The notes under the pieces are model-generated. The model saw only the letters and a program-made list of their open reading frames with translations, did no database searches and was not told the origin of the DNA. From Bacteroidales bacterium (GTDB lineage Bacteria > Bacteroidota > Bacteroidia > Bacteroidales > P3), in the NCBI GenBank assembly GCA_017507285.1, contig JAFWBF010000155.1:1-54731 (forward strand): a stretch of 54,731 bases of DNA, read 5' to 3'. Positions 18,158-28,590 of this stretch are shown here, one piece after another. The translations under genes and the position numbers were made by a program. The first letter of the stretch is position 1. Each line of letters opens with the position of its first letter.

Positions 18158-19150
18158 TTATTTTGAAAGAATGTCTAATAATTCTACGTATTTTGGAGTA
18201 AGTATAATTTCGGTGCGACGATTTATAGCACGATTTTCTTTGGTGCTATTGTCTACCTTAGGCACATATTCGCCTCTTCCCGATGCGGTTATACGATTTG
18301 GGGCGATGGTAGAGTTTTTAAGTAATGCTTTCACTATGGCTGTGGCACGCATTACACTTAGATCCCAATTGTCTTTTACTTCGTTTTTGCCACGATAGGC
18401 CACATTGTCGGTATGTCCTTCCACCATTACATTTATATCAGTGTTTTCTTCCAATATCTTTGATAGCTCGGTTATGGCTTTCATACCTTCTGCCGATACT
18501 GTCCAACTACCCGAAGCAAACAGCAATTTATCTTCCATCGATACATACACTTTACCATCTTTTACCTCAATCTTCAAACCTTTGTTTTCAAACCCTACCA
18601 AAGCGTCGGCTACTTTTTGGCGTATTTCGTTTATGGCTCGTTCTTTTTCTTCGAGGGCTTTTTTCAATTCTTGTTCTTTCTCTTCCAGTTTGCGAGTAAG
18701 GTCGTTCATGTGTTCTTTGCGTTCTTTGTATTCTTTTTGTAGCACTTCCAAACGACTTTCTTTTTCGTTGAGTTCTTTTTCACGTTCTTCCAATAGTAGA
18801 CGTGCTGATGTCAAATCATTGTTTTTGCCCGTAAGCTGAGCCATATATGCAGCTGTGGTTTCTTCGTATTTCTTTTTGGCTGCAGAGTATTCAGCGTTCA
18901 ACTGTTTTAGCTCGTCGTTGAGGCGTTCGATGTCTTTTTCGTTATTGCTTATAGTGCCTCTAAGTTGCTTGTTTTGTTCCAACAAGCGTTTATTCTCGCT
19001 ATTGGTGGCTGCCAATTCGTCTTTGGTTATCGAGTATTGTTTGTTCAATCTGTCGTTTTTCGACTCCAATGCTGCATACTTTTCCATCGACACACACGAT
19101 GTCATTACTATTGATAGCACTGTTATTCCTATTAATATCTTTTTCATCAT
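18158..19150 (-). CDS. OmpA-family lipoprotein with a long N-terminal coiled coil
   Basis: Lipoprotein signal (LSIVMTSC), about 190 aa of heptad-rich E/K/L sequence, and a C-terminal OmpA_C motif set (VEGHTDN, NWDLSVMRA, NRRTEI). Confidence 0.88.
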   Translation of the reverse strand: MMKKILIGITVLSIVMTSCVSMEKYAALESKNDRLNKQYSITKDELAATNSENKRLLEQNKQLRGTISNNEKDIERLNDELKQLNAEYSAAKKKYEETTAAYMAQLTGKNNDLTSARLLLEEREKELNEKESRLEVLQKEYKERKEHMNDLTRKLEEKEQELKKALEEKERAINEIRQKVADALVGFENKGLKIEVKDGKVYVSMEDKLLFASGSWTVSAEGMKAITELSKILEENTDINVMVEGHTDNVAYRGKNEVKDNWDLSVMRATAIVKALLKNSTIAPNRITASGRGEYVPKVDNSTKENRAINRRTEIILTPKYVELLDILSK

Positions 19151-19183
19151 TGATATATTATTTAAATGTTTTTGTTTATTTTA

Positions 19184-19948
19184 TTATTGATTTATTTCGG
19201 TCATCATAGGGCAATGGTCGGAGTGTTTTGCTTCGGGCAATATCACCGAACGAACGAGTCGTTCACGCAAATGGTCGGCAACCATTATGTAATCTATACG
19301 CCACCCTTTGTTGTTGGCTCTTGCGTTAAAGCGGTAGCTCCACCACGTATAGTTATGTGGTTGAGGATTGAAGTATCGGAAAGTGTCTATAAATCCCGAT
19401 TTCAAAAAATTTCCAATCCATTCTCTTTCTTCGGGCAAAAAGCCTGAGTTGTTGGCATTGCGCACCGGGTCGTGGATGTCTATAGCTTGGTGGCATATAT
19501 TAAAATCGCCACAAATAACAAGGTTGGGTCGTTGATGCTTTAGGTCGTTGATATAATTTTGAAAATCGTCGAGCCACTTCATTTTAAAGTCTTGGCGTTG
19601 GTCGCCACTTGTGCCACTTGGATGATACACACTTATCACCGAAAGGTCGCCAAAGTCGGCGCGTAAAAAGCGTCCTTCTCTATCGTATTCCGGAATACCT
19701 ATACCCACTTGTACTATATCTGGAATTTGTTTGCAAAGTATTGCCACTCCGCTATATCCCTTCTTTTCGGCAGAGTGCATATATGTGTGATATCCGGCCA
19801 TCGAAAAATCCATTGAGGGTATTTGGTCGGGTTGTGCCTTTGTTTCTTGCAGGCATAGCACATCGGGCGAAGTAACAGTAAGCCATTCCATAAAACCCTT
19901 ACCCATAGCTGCTCGTATGCCGTTGACATTGTAGGTTGCTATTTTCAT
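19184..19948 (-). CDS. xth: exodeoxyribonuclease III / AP endonuclease
   Basis: MKIATYNVNGIRA, LCLQETK and the C-terminal SDHCP are typical of ExoIII. The start is set at the internal ATG at 19948 because the 97-codon upstream extension in the ORF track runs through MITE copy C. Confidence 0.92.
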   Translation of the reverse strand: MKIATYNVNGIRAAMGKGFMEWLTVTSPDVLCLQETKAQPDQIPSMDFSMAGYHTYMHSAEKKGYSGVAILCKQIPDIVQVGIGIPEYDREGRFLRADFGDLSVISVYHPSGTSGDQRQDFKMKWLDDFQNYINDLKHQRPNLVICGDFNICHQAIDIHDPVRNANNSGFLPEEREWIGNFLKSGFIDTFRYFNPQPHNYTWWSYRFNARANNKGWRIDYIMVADHLRERLVRSVILPEAKHSDHCPMMTEINQ

Positions 19949-20043
19949 ATTGTTGTACCTCGTTTTTATTTTTTTTGCTGAGAACTTAAACGCAGAAGTT
20001 CGTTTTTTATTGTAAGGTGTGTGATGTTTCTTTAGGCAATTTC

Positions 20044-20301
20044 TAAAAATTACTTTGCAGGTGATTTGTGATTTTTTACTAGAAAGATTTCTACTTTCTT
20101 TTGATTGAGCATAGCGGGCTATGTGATTGAAAAAGAAATAGAAAGATTTCGGTAAAAAACACAAAGTTGCGATTAAGCGAGAAAGAGTAATGTTCACATT
20201 AGCTCTTTCGAGCGTTAGCAACTTCGACGAAGTCAACAACGCAAAAGTTCTTATAGAAGGATAAATACTTGCTCAGAACGTGGAATTTTTAGAAGTTGCC
20301 T
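20044..20301 (+). mobile_element. MITE-like element, copy C
   Basis: Same TIRs as copies A and B. It lies in the divergent xth / HD-phosphohydrolase intergenic region and is flanked by TT/TT. Confidence 0.7.
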
Positions 20302-20370
20302 TTAGTAAAATAGGGCAATAAAGAAGATAATTGTGCGTTATTCAACAATATTCAATAAATTATACATATA

Positions 20371-22410
20371 ATGAAGAAAATATTATATTGGTTGCTGACA
20401 AATTTTTCGTTGGTATACAAAGTATTGGCAGTGTTGTTAGTCTCGTTTTTGATATTATTGGTATTTCCCAATCAAAAAAAATCGGACTATGATTTTGTGG
20501 CAGGAGGTTTTTGGAATAGCGAAGATTTATATGCCCCATTCGATTTTGCTGTACAAAAATCGCAAGAAGAAATAGATAGAGATATAGCAACTGCAAAGAG
20601 TGATGCTTTGTTGTTTTTTTATTTTGATTCGGTAGTTTATAGTAAGGTCGAAAACCAATTGCTTAATATGGATTGGACTCTTACCAATTATCAACGCAAT
20701 GAACTGCTGAGGTTGGTAACTCGAATATATTCACGTGGCTATTTACAATTACCCGACAAGGTGGATATAAACAGAACGATAGTATTGCTCAAAGGAAATG
20801 TGGGAACTACTCGGGAGTATAACGATTTTTACTCCAAAGCACAGATTAATGATTTGTTGCACGAGCAACTTGAAGGTTACGGTAAATCAGATTCGTTGCG
20901 AATATATCTATTGAACAATGTATTGCAGCCGAATATAGTTTTCGATGATATAAGAACTAAATTGGAAGAGGATTCGCGTTTGTCGCAAATATCTTCGGCA
21001 TCGGGTATGGTATCGATGGGGCAACTTATAATATCGAAAGGAGAGTACATAACACCCGAAAAAGCCAATGTGCTTAAATCGTTGGAAGGCGAAAAAAAGA
21101 CACGCTTTGATGTAAACTATTCGGTACTTAACCGAAACATAGGCTTGTATTTGTTGATAATAATAGCATTTACGGCATTGTTTTTATTCTTGGCACTTAT
21201 CAAGCATCCTTTGCTTACCGACAATAAGAAGGTAACTTTTGTGTTGTTTATTATATTTTTGATGTGCTTTATGGTGGCTATGCTGTTGCGTATCAATCCC
21301 GATTTGGTTATGTTAGCTCCTTTGTGTTTGGCTCCTATATTGGTAAGGGTATTTTTTGATATGAGAGTGGCATTATACATTCATTTAGTCATCATTATAA
21401 TTATAGCGTCGTTTGTGCCAAATAGCTTCGAGTTTATTTTTTATCAGCTTATAGCCGGTATGATGAGCATAATCAGTGTAAAGAATTTCGAGCATAGGAG
21501 CAACTTCTTTGTAGTTAGTTTGATAGTGTTTCTTACTTATTCGGCTATATATGTTGCCGGAGTTTTAAGTCAAGATACAACATTGGAGAATGTAAATGTG
21601 AATCGATTTTTGATATTCTTTTGCAATGCTTTACTATTGCTTATGGCATTTCCATTCACTTATTTGTTCGAAAAGATATTTGGTTTTGTATCGGTGCTTA
21701 CACTACTCGAAATTTCTAGTACCAACACCAAGGCATTGCGAGATTTGTCGAACAAAGCACCCGGCACTTTTCAGCATTCGGTGCAGGTTGCCAATATCGC
21801 CGAAGATATGATAAACGAAATAGGTGGCGACTCGTTGTTGGCACGTGTAGGTGCATTGTATCATGATATAGGAAAGATGTATGCACCATTGTATTTTACC
21901 GAAAATCAAACTTCGGGTTTCAATCCTCATGCCGAATTGGAAAGTGAGAATAGTGCTTCGATTATTATCGCACACGTGAGAAATGGTGTAGAAATGGCAA
22001 AAAAATATCATTTGCCCGAAGGCGTTATTGATTTTATACGCACACATCACGGCACAACCAAAACAGGCTACTTCTATAATCGCTATATCATAGAACACCC
22101 CGATGAACCGGTGGATGAGGCTTTATTTGCCTACAATGGACCCAAACCGTATTCGAGAGAAACAGCTGTAGTAATGCTCGTAGACTCGGTGGAAGCCGCC
22201 GTAAGGAGTTTGAATACTCATGATAAAGAATCGATAAGTTCATTAATAGACAGAATAGTTGAAGGTAAGATACGAGATAATCAATTTTCTAATTGTAATA
22301 TCACTTTCAGAGACATCGACACAATAAAGCGTATCCTTAAAGATAAAATGCTGAGCATATACCATGTAAGAATTGCTTATCCTGTGGTTGATGGCTCGAA
22401 AGGAAAGTAG
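20371..22410 (+). CDS. 7TM receptor with intracellular HD/HDIG phosphohydrolase domain (PgpH-like)
   Basis: N-terminal TM helix, a periplasmic domain, seven TM helices, then HD motifs (HSVQVANI, YHDIGK, THHGT). Confidence 0.85.
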   Translation: MKKILYWLLTNFSLVYKVLAVLLVSFLILLVFPNQKKSDYDFVAGGFWNSEDLYAPFDFAVQKSQEEIDRDIATAKSDALLFFYFDSVVYSKVENQLLNMDWTLTNYQRNELLRLVTRIYSRGYLQLPDKVDINRTIVLLKGNVGTTREYNDFYSKAQINDLLHEQLEGYGKSDSLRIYLLNNVLQPNIVFDDIRTKLEEDSRLSQISSASGMVSMGQLIISKGEYITPEKANVLKSLEGEKKTRFDVNYSVLNRNIGLYLLIIIAFTALFLFLALIKHPLLTDNKKVTFVLFIIFLMCFMVAMLLRINPDLVMLAPLCLAPILVRVFFDMRVALYIHLVIIIIIASFVPNSFEFIFYQLIAGMMSIISVKNFEHRSNFFVVSLIVFLTYSAIYVAGVLSQDTTLENVNVNRFLIFFCNALLLLMAFPFTYLFEKIFGFVSVLTLLEISSTNTKALRDLSNKAPGTFQHSVQVANIAEDMINEIGGDSLLARVGALYHDIGKMYAPLYFTENQTSGFNPHAELESENSASIIIAHVRNGVEMAKKYHLPEGVIDFIRTHHGTTKTGYFYNRYIIEHPDEPVDEALFAYNGPKPYSRETAVVMLVDSVEAAVRSLNTHDKESISSLIDRIVEGKIRDNQFSNCNITFRDIDTIKRILKDKMLSIYHVRIAYPVVDGSKGK

Positions 22411-22452
22411 AAATAGTAGTATACATAATGTATAGTAAAATATATATCGCTG

Positions 22453-23469
22453 ATGAAAAAAGATAATTTATTTGGATACACATTAAATGATTTGCAACAA
22501 GTTTGTGAAAACGAAAAGTTTCCTAAGTTTACAGCCAAGCAGATGGCCGATTGGTTGTACAAGAAACGTTGCTCAAGCATTGATGAGATGACTAATCTTT
22601 CACTCAAAATACGTTCGCGTCTTAATGAATTATATGTGTTGGAAAAGAGAGAACCTGTTCATTCGCAGACATCTGTCGATGGCACAAAGAAGTATCTTTT
22701 TTCGGTTGGTGAAAATCATTACGTCGAAAGTGTTTATATTCCTGACAAAGACAGGGCGACATTGTGTATATCGTCGCAGATAGGTTGTAAGATGGGCTGT
22801 AAATTTTGTGTTACCGGCAAGCTGGGCTTTAAGGGTAATCTTACTGCAGCGGAAATATTGAATCAAATATTCAGCATTCCTGAAAGTTTGTCTTTAACCA
22901 ACATAGTGTATATGGGCATGGGCGAACCTTTCGATAATTTTGATGCTGTGCTTCAAAGCATACAGGTTCTTACTTCGGAATGGGGAGTAGCTATGAGTCC
23001 GAGACGTATAACGGTGTCTACGGTAGGCGTAATACCCGGAATAAGAGAGTTTATGGAAAAAACAGAATGTCATTTAGCAGTAAGTCTTCATGCTCCTACA
23101 GGCGACAAACGATCACAAATAATGCCTATGCAAAAAGCGTATCCTCATAGCGAGATAGTGCGTATGCTTAGAAAATATGATTGGAGTGGTCAACGCCGAC
23201 TGTCGTTTGAATATATTGTTTTTAAAGATTTTAATGACGATGAAGAGAATGCCGGAAAACTTGTAAAATTGTTACATCATTTAAAATGCAGAGTCAATCT
23301 TATCAGATTTCACGTTTCTGAAGGAGTGCCTCTTGAGGGAGTGGATATGGATAAAATGATAGCATTTAGAGACTATTTGTCAAACGAGGGTATTATATGC
23401 ACTATAAGGGCTTCGAGAGGTGAGGATATAATGGCTGCATGTGGCTTATTGGCAGGTAAAATGGAATAG
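22453..23469 (+). CDS. rlmN: 23S rRNA/tRNA adenine-C2 methyltransferase RlmN (radical SAM)
   Basis: CKMGCKFC radical-SAM cluster motif, GMGEP, and a C-terminal Cys (DIMAACG). Confidence 0.93.
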   Translation: MKKDNLFGYTLNDLQQVCENEKFPKFTAKQMADWLYKKRCSSIDEMTNLSLKIRSRLNELYVLEKREPVHSQTSVDGTKKYLFSVGENHYVESVYIPDKDRATLCISSQIGCKMGCKFCVTGKLGFKGNLTAAEILNQIFSIPESLSLTNIVYMGMGEPFDNFDAVLQSIQVLTSEWGVAMSPRRITVSTVGVIPGIREFMEKTECHLAVSLHAPTGDKRSQIMPMQKAYPHSEIVRMLRKYDWSGQRRLSFEYIVFKDFNDDEENAGKLVKLLHHLKCRVNLIRFHVSEGVPLEGVDMDKMIAFRDYLSNEGIICTIRASRGEDIMAACGLLAGKME

Positions 23470-23489
23470 TCGGGAGGGAGATAAATATT

Positions 23490-23577
23490 CCTCTCGACAT
23501 TGTTCGAATTTCCTCGTGATGTTGTTTGGATTTTCTCCCGTCGTTGTTGAAAATCTTCGCAACATAGGTTGTCTACA
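23490..23577 (+). repeat. degenerate member of the CCTCGTGATGT 22-bp array family
   Basis: An intact core cctcgtgatgtt at 23512. Degenerate units (7-8 of 12 matches) are at 23490, 23534 and about 23555. Confidence 0.5.
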
Positions 23578-24205
23578 CTTTTTTATTCAACAATATGTTT
23601 TGAATATTGAGAGATTATTTGTTGTTCTGCAATTCATCGAAACTTCGTTGTATTTTACACTGCGAAAAAAAATCTTTGTATGTATAAAAAATAACTCTCG
23701 AATGAATAAAATTTGTCTTATCTGTAGTTTTTTTTTGCTTGTGCGATTTTTTTTGGATTTTATTCTAACAAAAAAATGTGCATAAGTGGTATTAATCAAA
23801 TTATGCTTGCTTTTATTGTCATATATTGTTGTAATATAAGATGTTTAATGCTTTATATCTTTATTGTGAATGTTTCTATGTTGTTAATTATCAATAGTAT
23901 AGTTTAATGTTTTGATGTATAGATAATTGCAAATACGGCTTGTTTATATGCTTTTGATTATTAGTAATATTTATCGGTTTTGAATAAAAAGAAGGTGAAA
24001 AAGTGAGAAAGTGTAAAAAATATTTTTTTTATTGAAAAAAAAGTATTATATTCCGCCGCTTGAGTGGTAGTTTTTATTATTTGTTTATTTATCAGATTGT
24101 TGTTGCTACTTGGGTAAAAAGAGCTATTAAAAAGGCTGTTTTCAGTACATAAAAAAAATGAATTATGCAAATTTTTTTTCAAACATGCAATTGTTTTTTT
24201 CTTTA

Positions 24206-24213
24206 TAAATTTG
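24206..24213 (+). promoter_or_regulatory. -7 promoter box (TAnnTTTG) upstream of dnaA
   Basis: TAAATTTG lies about 65 bp upstream of the ATG at 24280. Confidence 0.5.
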
Positions 24214-24279
24214 CAAACGAAAATACGAAAAGAAAAATATATCGTAATACATTTAAAATATAGATATTACTATAAAAAA

Positions 24280-25722
24280 ATGATTGCTAATAAAGATTGT
24301 AAAATAGTTTGGAATAAATGTCTTGGTGTTATACGAGATATATTGCAAAACGAACAGTTGTTCAACACTTGGTTTAGACCTATTGTTCCGTTGCAATTGG
24401 AGAATAGTGTATTGACTATCCAGGTGCCAAGTCATTACTTTTACGAGTATTTGGAAGAGCATTATATCGATCTTTTGCGAAAGACCATACGTCGTGAATT
24501 GGGTAATGGTGCACAATTGCGTTACACTATTTTGATGGAAAGAACTATTGGTTCCGGAACCAATGTGGTCTTGCCTTCCACAGGATACAAAGCCGTTCAT
24601 AATTTGCCAAAAGATATGCCTATCAACATTAATACCGAAAATGCTAAGGATTTTCCTAATCCTTTCACCATACCGGGTATTCAAAAAGTGAGAATACATT
24701 CGCAATTAAATGGTAATTACACATTGGAAAATTTTGTAGAAGGGGAGTGTAACCGATTAGCACGTTCGGCAGGGTATGCTATAGCCGAAAATCCGGGTCG
24801 CACTAGTTTTAATCCTCTTTTGATATATGGTAATGCCGGATTGGGAAAAACCCATTTGGCACATGCCATTGGTATAAAAACAAAAGAGAAATATCCCGAC
24901 AAAACAGTTTTGTATGTTACAGCCGAGCAGTTTTCGCAACAGTTTCGTGAAGCATCGGCAAATCAGACTGTCAATGACTTTATGCACTTCTATGAAATGA
25001 TAGATGTGCTTATTATTGACGACATACACTTTTGGGAAAACAGAGTGCAAAAAACTCAAGAAGCATTTTTTCACATATTCAACTACTTGCACCAAAGAGG
25101 TAAACAAATCATTATCACTACCGATAAAGCACCTGCCGATTTGGCCGGGTTGGAATCGAGATTGATTTCGCGTTTGAAGTGGGGATTGTCGGCAGATATT
25201 CAAGCACCGAACGTAGAAACACGTATGGCTATTCTTAAACAAAAGTTGGCCAACGATGGTGTGGAAATGCCTCACGAGGTGATAGAATACATTGCATATA
25301 ATATTAACACCAATGTTCGTGAACTCGAAGGAGCATTGATATCGTTGATGGCTCAATCGTCGTTAAATAAAAAGCAGATAACTATTGATTTGGCTAAACA
25401 GATGATAGACAAATTTGTGAAAAATACTGCTCGCGAAATAACCATCGATTATATACAAAAGGTAATATGCGATTATTTCAATTTGCCAATAGAAAGCATA
25501 CAGTCGCATACTCGCAAACGCGAAATAGTACAAGCTCGTCAATTGGCTATGTATTTTGCCAAAAAAATGACAAAAGCATCGTTGGCTATAATAGGTTTGC
25601 AATGTGGCAACAAAGACCATGCCACAGTATTGCACGCATGCAAAACAGTAACTAATCTTGCCGAAACCGATAAACAATTTCGTTTTTGGGTTGAAGAGTT
25701 GGAAAAGAAGTTTAATCAATAG
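24280..25722 (+). CDS. dnaA: chromosomal replication initiator DnaA
   Basis: AAA+ Walker A GNAGLGKTHL, Walker B LIIDDIH, and a C-terminal DNA-binding domain (IVQARQLAMYF, DHATVLHA). The ATG at 24280 is preferred over the TTG at 24211. Confidence 0.96.
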   Translation: MIANKDCKIVWNKCLGVIRDILQNEQLFNTWFRPIVPLQLENSVLTIQVPSHYFYEYLEEHYIDLLRKTIRRELGNGAQLRYTILMERTIGSGTNVVLPSTGYKAVHNLPKDMPININTENAKDFPNPFTIPGIQKVRIHSQLNGNYTLENFVEGECNRLARSAGYAIAENPGRTSFNPLLIYGNAGLGKTHLAHAIGIKTKEKYPDKTVLYVTAEQFSQQFREASANQTVNDFMHFYEMIDVLIIDDIHFWENRVQKTQEAFFHIFNYLHQRGKQIIITTDKAPADLAGLESRLISRLKWGLSADIQAPNVETRMAILKQKLANDGVEMPHEVIEYIAYNINTNVRELEGALISLMAQSSLNKKQITIDLAKQMIDKFVKNTAREITIDYIQKVICDYFNLPIESIQSHTRKREIVQARQLAMYFAKKMTKASLAIIGLQCGNKDHATVLHACKTVTNLAETDKQFRFWVEELEKKFNQ

Positions 25723-25755
25723 ATACTTTTATTTTTTTCATAATATTGTTATTGT

Positions 25756-25790
25756 ACCTTTACCTCTTGCACAGAGGTAAAGGTTTTTTT
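25756..25790 (+). terminator. Rho-independent terminator of dnaA
   Basis: 12-bp perfect stem acctttacctct / agaggtaaaggt, loop tgcac, then a T6 run. Confidence 0.85.
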
Positions 25791-25810
25791 GAACTTAATA
25801 CTATTTGTTT

Positions 25811-26380
25811 ATGAAAGTACCATTCAAACCGGGAACATTGATTTATCCGTTGCCAGCCATTATGGTAAGTTGTGGCAATAGTCCCGAAAATTACAACATA
25901 ATTACGGTGGCATGGACCGGAACTATATGCTCCGATCCGGCTATGTGTTATGTGTCGATACGCAAAGAGCGTCATTCGCATGATTTGATAAAAGAAACAG
26001 GTGAGTTTGTGATAAATATCACCACTGAAGCATTGGCTAAGGCCACTGATTGGTGTGGAGTAAGGTCGGGACGCGACTATAATAAGTTTAAAGAAATGCA
26101 TCTAACCCCACAGCAAGGGCAAGTGGTGAAGGCTCCTCTTATTGCAGAGTCGCCACTGAATATAGAATGCAAGGTGGTGGAGATAAAAGAACTTGGCTCG
26201 CACGATATGTTTATTGCCGAAGTGGTAGCTGTGAATGCCGAAGAAAAACTTATAGATAAATCGACAGGTGCATTTCAGTTAAATCATGCCAAACCTTTGG
26301 CTTATTCACATGGCAAATACTATGGCTTGGGCGAAAAATTGGGTTCGTTTGGTTTTTCGGTGGCTAAGCGTAAAAAGTAA
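25811..26380 (+). CDS. flavin reductase-like (FMN-binding split-barrel) protein
   Basis: 189 aa. NIITVAWTG and the overall pattern are typical of the Flavin_Reduct family. Confidence 0.75.
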   Translation: MKVPFKPGTLIYPLPAIMVSCGNSPENYNIITVAWTGTICSDPAMCYVSIRKERHSHDLIKETGEFVINITTEALAKATDWCGVRSGRDYNKFKEMHLTPQQGQVVKAPLIAESPLNIECKVVEIKELGSHDMFIAEVVAVNAEEKLIDKSTGAFQLNHAKPLAYSHGKYYGLGEKLGSFGFSVAKRKK

Positions 26381-26745
26381 ACGGAGTTACGGAATTACAA
26401 CTAACTTACAGCTTATAGCTTTCTGCTAAAGCTCATGCTATCAGGTGGCTGTAACTTTGATTGTTCGTTTGAAATTTTGTGGCGAAGGATGTTGAATAAT
26501 ATAATTGCCTGATTGATAGTGTGTATTCTATTGTTTGTTATAACTGAGTGAAATTTAAATATCATGCTATCAAGATGTTGATGCTGATACGGTGTCTTTT
26601 TGGGTGCTTTGAATGCTTAAAACGTTCTATAGCAGTGTATTTGTTTTTCCGGAACCCTATTTTATGTCTTACATATCATACTTGCAGATACTTATAGCTT
26701 AGATGCAATAAATAAAACTCGAAGGTAAATTATACAATTATTATT

Positions 26746-27870
26746 ATGATATACATACATATTCCTTTCTGTAAACAACGTTGCATATATTGTGCTTTCT
26801 ACTCGGTGTCTACTGTTAGCGATAAGCAGAAATATCTAGATGCATTATGCAAAGAGTTGGAATGCCGAACCAATTATCTTCCGGATAGAAAGATAACTAC
26901 TATATACATAGGAGGTGGCACTCCTTCGATACTTAGTATTGAACAACTGAGTAAGATATGCCACACTATACAAAGTAATTACGATATTGCTAATGTGGAA
27001 GAGTTTACCATAGAGGCTAATCCTGAGCAGTTGACTATGGATTATTTACAAGCATTGAAGCAGTTAGGTTTTGTGGATAGGATAAGTATAGGTGTGCAGA
27101 CTTTCGATGACGACAAACTGAAAATGCTCAACCGCAGGCATAGTTCTGCTATGGCTTTGGAAGCAATAAAGAATGCTCAAAAACTTGGGTTCAATAATAT
27201 AAGCATCGACCTTATATATGGTATACCGGGTATGACATTGCAACAGTGGCAAAAGAACTTGGATATAGTAGCCGGTTTGAATGTGCAACATCTTTCGTGC
27301 TATGCACTTACAGTGGAGCAAGGTACTATGTTGGACACTCTTATCCAAAAGGCTAAGATACCACAGGTGGACGACGATGAAACCATAAAGCACTACAATG
27401 CTTTACAGCGATGGATTGAGAACAATGGTTTTATTCAATACGAAATATCCAATTATTGTAAGCAAGGTTTTGAAGCTAAGCACAATAGTAGGTATTGGGA
27501 TTGTACGCCTTATCTTGGAGTGGGGGCTGCTGCTCATTCTTTTGATGGCTCTTCGAGGCAGTGGAATATTGATAATGTAGTTGCATATATAGAAGGTATA
27601 AATAATGCAAATCCTATCTATTCGGCAGAACGGCTATCTCAAAAAGATATGTATAACGAATATATAATGACAGCATTGCGTACCGCAAAGGGATTAGACA
27701 ATGATGTGTTGGCAAAATATCGGCAGTATTGGTCGGAAGCCGAAAAGTTGCTTGAAAAGTATATATATAATGGTATGGTGTTGAAAACAGAATGTGGTTA
27801 CAAACTTTCGAAGCAAGGTTTTTTGTTCGCCGACGCAATAGCCGCTGATTTGTTTTGTATTTCTCAGTAA
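26746..27870 (+). CDS. hemW: radical SAM heme chaperone HemW (HemN-like, oxygen-independent coproporphyrinogen oxidase family)
   Basis: MIYIHIPFCKQRCIYCAFY carries the CxxxCxxC motif. The GGGTPS motif and the HemN_C-like tail are also present. Confidence 0.9.
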   Translation: MIYIHIPFCKQRCIYCAFYSVSTVSDKQKYLDALCKELECRTNYLPDRKITTIYIGGGTPSILSIEQLSKICHTIQSNYDIANVEEFTIEANPEQLTMDYLQALKQLGFVDRISIGVQTFDDDKLKMLNRRHSSAMALEAIKNAQKLGFNNISIDLIYGIPGMTLQQWQKNLDIVAGLNVQHLSCYALTVEQGTMLDTLIQKAKIPQVDDDETIKHYNALQRWIENNGFIQYEISNYCKQGFEAKHNSRYWDCTPYLGVGAAAHSFDGSSRQWNIDNVVAYIEGINNANPIYSAERLSQKDMYNEYIMTALRTAKGLDNDVLAKYRQYWSEAEKLLEKYIYNGMVLKTECGYKLSKQGFLFADAIAADLFCISQ

Positions 27871-27872
27871 AG

Positions 27873-28222
27873 ACTTTCTGCAATTTCCAAAATTTCATGT
27901 TTTGGAATAATCGAAGAACCTTCTTTGAAACTTTTGCATTGTTGATTTCGTCGATGTTGCTATCGCTCGAAAGTTCTAATGCTGAGGAATTGCTCGTTAT
28001 TCACATAATCTCTACATTGTGTTTTTTTTGCATTGCGAAGTTGCTAAAGCCCGAAATAGTTAATGTAAATATTACTCTATTGCTTGCTTAATCGCAAATT
28101 TGCCGAAATCTTTCTATTTCTTTTTCAATCGCATTGTCCGCTATGCTCAATCAAAAGAAAGTAGAAATCTTTCTAGTAAAATTCCGCAAGTTACTTATTA
28201 AGTCAATTTTTAGAGATTGCCT
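27873..28222 (-). mobile_element. MITE-like element, copy D (inverted, longest, one end degenerate)
   Basis: Reverse complement of copies A-C. The intact end ...caatttttagagattgcct finishes at 28222. The other end is degenerate and starts within a few bp of the hemW stop codon (27868-27870). Confidence 0.65.
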
Positions 28223-28438
28223 AAGTAAACTAACGGCTAAGAGCTGAATCCTAAAGTTGCTTTCTTTAATATCCTAAAACTTGAATTTTCAGAAACTTAT
28301 TGCAACATCGTTTGCAGGCCATTGTCTTTGCATTAAAACAAAATTGCGTTATCGTAAGAAGTATAGTGCCGAAACTGTTATATATATACTACTCTACATA
28401 TTATATATATAGTGTTACACCTGTTATGATATAAATGT

Positions 28439-28504
28439 CCTCACGTCGTGAGGAACATTCTCTCACGTCGTGAGCGGTATCTCCTCACGACGTGAGCAAA
28501 GTAT
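28439..28504. repeat. three 22-bp units with palindromic core CCTCACGWCGTGAG
   Basis: Cores at 28439, 28461 and 28483, with exactly 22-bp spacing. Confidence 0.9.
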
Positions 28505-28517
28505 AAATAAAATATAT

Positions 28518-28573
28518 CGAATACTAATAATATAACTTATGCGATACTATATACAAAACATATCGGACACTAT
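28518..28573 (+). repeat. three phased units with core CGRWACTAT (same GATACTAT core as the right arm of the 17.6-kb element)
   Basis: cgaatacta at 28518, cgatactat at 28542 and cggacactat at 28564 (spacing 24 and 22 bp). Confidence 0.7.
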
Positions 28574-28590
28574 ATGTTTAACGCAAAGGC

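Noticed and set aside
19949-20239. 97-codon N-terminal extension of the xth ORF (ORF track 19184..20239).
   Set aside because: The extension runs through MITE copy C. The canonical ExoIII N-terminus MKIATYNVNG begins at the internal ATG at 19948.
23441-24182. ORFs 23441..23785, 23587..23799 and 23961..24182 in the rlmN-dnaA gap.
   Set aside because: They are low-complexity translations of A/T tracts (F/K/I/L-rich). They overlap each other on both strands, and I recognise no homology-type motifs.
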